Shown here one piece after another: positions 62,559-64,000 of a stretch of 64,000 nucleotides of DNA (within the stretch, counting starts at the first letter, position 1; every line of letters begins with the position of its first letter). Both the position numbers and the translations under genes were made by a program. Location: assembly GCA_963827165.1 (NCBI GenBank), contig CAWGZR010000012.1, positions 32,001 through 96,000 on the forward strand. The letters are read 5' to 3'. The notes below the pieces were generated by a model that was not told the origin of the DNA, made no database searches, and was given only the letters and a program-made list of their open reading frames with translations. Source of the DNA: Candidatus Bathyarchaeota archaeon (lineage in GTDB: Archaea > Thermoproteota > Bathyarchaeia > Bathyarchaeales > Bathycorpusculaceae).

Positions 62559-63189
62559 TTAGGCTGGCATGTAAAAGTTTGAGCCGCCGTAGTAAGCCAC
62601 ATTTCTTGCCGTCACTGCGTGGGAGCCTTGGCAAAGTTTGCCGATGTTTGCCATAAGCTGGTAAGATGCTTTCAACGCTAGGTTCAAGTCGTTATTTGTC
62701 AAGAATTTTGCTTCTATGTTAAGCGTTGTTCCCTGAATGTTTGCAGCTATTTGAATTCCGCCGTCTTCAGTAATCCACTTCAAAGTTAAGCCGCGATTGT
62801 TTTCCGAAATGCCTAGCCAACGCAGCAAACCGAACCATTTGCCCCTAAGTGAAAGAATAAGCTGCTGTGTCATGAGGTCGGAAGGCAGAAAGGTCTGAAT
62901 AAGGGGCGTCGCGGGCTCTTCAATGTGTGTTTGGGTAAGTTTCAGCTTGGTTATTTTTGGTGAAACCCGGTAGCCTTCATGTTCTTTTTTGACTATTCCT
63001 TCCTGTTCCAATCTAGGCAAGGATGCGCGAAAGCGTTTCGGGATGCAGGCCTGTTCTGCGTTTTAACCCATCAAACGTAAATATGGTCAAGTCCTCGTTT
63101 TCTATAAGTGCTAAAACGTCTGCATCGCGTTCGCTAAGGTTATAATCGTCGGGAAGGCTCTGCCAATCAACATTCAGGACAGGTATCAT
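62559..63189 (-). CDS. wHTH-domain protein (frameshift ~63020)
   Basis: MIPVLNVDW..FTFDGLKRRTGLHPETLSRIL continues into PRLEQEGIV in another frame. Confidence 0.6.
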
Positions 63190-63437
63190 TGTTGCTATGG
63201 ATTGCCCAAACGTTTCTTTTGAACATTACCCTAATTAATAGAGGAAAACCATGAAACGCGCGCCAAAATCGGCTCCTTTCATTTTTCAAAGGGACTGTTG
63301 TGCAGTCGGATTGGCGTTTTCTTTGGTTTTCACTATGTTGTTTCGAGACGATTTAACTATATAGTCTATAGTAATTATATTGGGAATCGATATAACAACA
63401 GAATCTACATTGTCGATTGTAATTATGAGGAATAAAA

Positions 63438-64000
63438 ATGAAAACTACATACATGATAGCCATCGCAGTAGTTGTCATCGTTATAATAATAGGCAGCGTA
63501 TTCGCTTACACATACTTATCTAAACCAGGAACATCCACCCCCACTCCAAGTCCAGCTCCAACCGCAACAACAAGTCCATCGGCAACCCCAACTTCTTCAC
63601 CAACCTCAAAGCCAACAGGCTCCCCAACAGCAACGCCCACTTCGGGCCCAACTGCGACCCCAACTGGCGCGCCTACTCCGACTCCGTCACCTTCGCCGAT
63701 ACCCGCAGCGACGTTAAACGGGGGCGGAGGTACACTTGTCGCCCCGCTAATGTCCGTTTGGCAAGGCGCCTATGGATCAGCCTATCCACAAATAACAGTT
63801 AACTACAACGCAGAAGGAAGCGGCGCAGGAATTACTGATTTTAAGAATCAAGTGGTTAATTTCGGTGAATCAGATGCACCAATGACTGCAGCCCAATACG
63901 CTGCGTTACCGACAAACAACGTTGCTTTAACAGTACCTATATCAGCCAGCGCAGTCGTACCAGCATATAATCTAAAGCTCCTCAACGGTACAGTTTGTCA
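63438..64000 (+). CDS. pstS: Phosphate ABC substrate-binding protein (partial, runs off window) with Pro/Thr/Ser linker
   Basis: TM anchor, P/T/S linker, LNGGGGTLVAPL, VNYNAEGSGAG, FGESDAPM. Confidence 0.85.
   Translation, partial: MKTTYMIAIAVVVIVIIIGSVFAYTYLSKPGTSTPTPSPAPTATTSPSATPTSSPTSKPTGSPTATPTSGPTATPTGAPTPTPSPSPIPAATLNGGGGTLVAPLMSVWQGAYGSAYPQITVNYNAEGSGAGITDFKNQVVNFGESDAPMTAAQYAALPTNNVALTVPISASAVVPAYNLKLLNGTVC

Noticed and set aside
63530-63710. Tandem repeat or CRISPR-like array
   Set aside because: Codon-level repetition of a Pro/Thr/Ser linker in pstS; no repeat-spacer structure. No CRISPR array was seen in the window

Overview
Archaeal chromosomal window; TBP, Lhr, Trm11, RNase Z, Cren7-like and eL22-like genes point to TACK, most likely Bathyarchaeia (inference). 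Left flank (1-22.4 kb): EamA, a polar amino-acid ABC transporter, two tandem Amt genes, pyruvoyl Arg decarboxylase, a frameshifted kamA coupled to an EctA-like acetyltransferase, a CdrS-like RHH gene followed by a short ORF instead of ftsZ, MtaB, LplA and prs. The main feature is a ~25.9 kb integrated element (22433-48365) bounded by the 11-bp direct repeat ATTTGTATAGC. It lies inside the trm11 coding sequence, supplies a diverged 51-aa replacement C-terminus, and leaves the native 43-aa tail at the right end still overlapping rnz. It carries an atypical tyrosine integrase, a TerS-like HTH/ParB/ABC-ATPase/GNAT cluster, a type I R-M system, a PD-(D/E)XK nuclease, divergent AbrB and wHTH regulators, and a Prim-Pol/PriL-like/MCM-like replicase. 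Its cargo is a metal/redox module: DUF420-like protein, an internally duplicated polyferredoxin membrane protein fused to a MacB/FtsX permease, an ATPase and a cupredoxin. No capsid or conjugation genes are recognisable. Right flank is housekeeping and ends in a partial pstS. Many single-base frameshifts, several in homopolymers, suggest long-read indel errors, so split or fused calls need read-level checks. All product calls come from motif recognition; no database searches were run.
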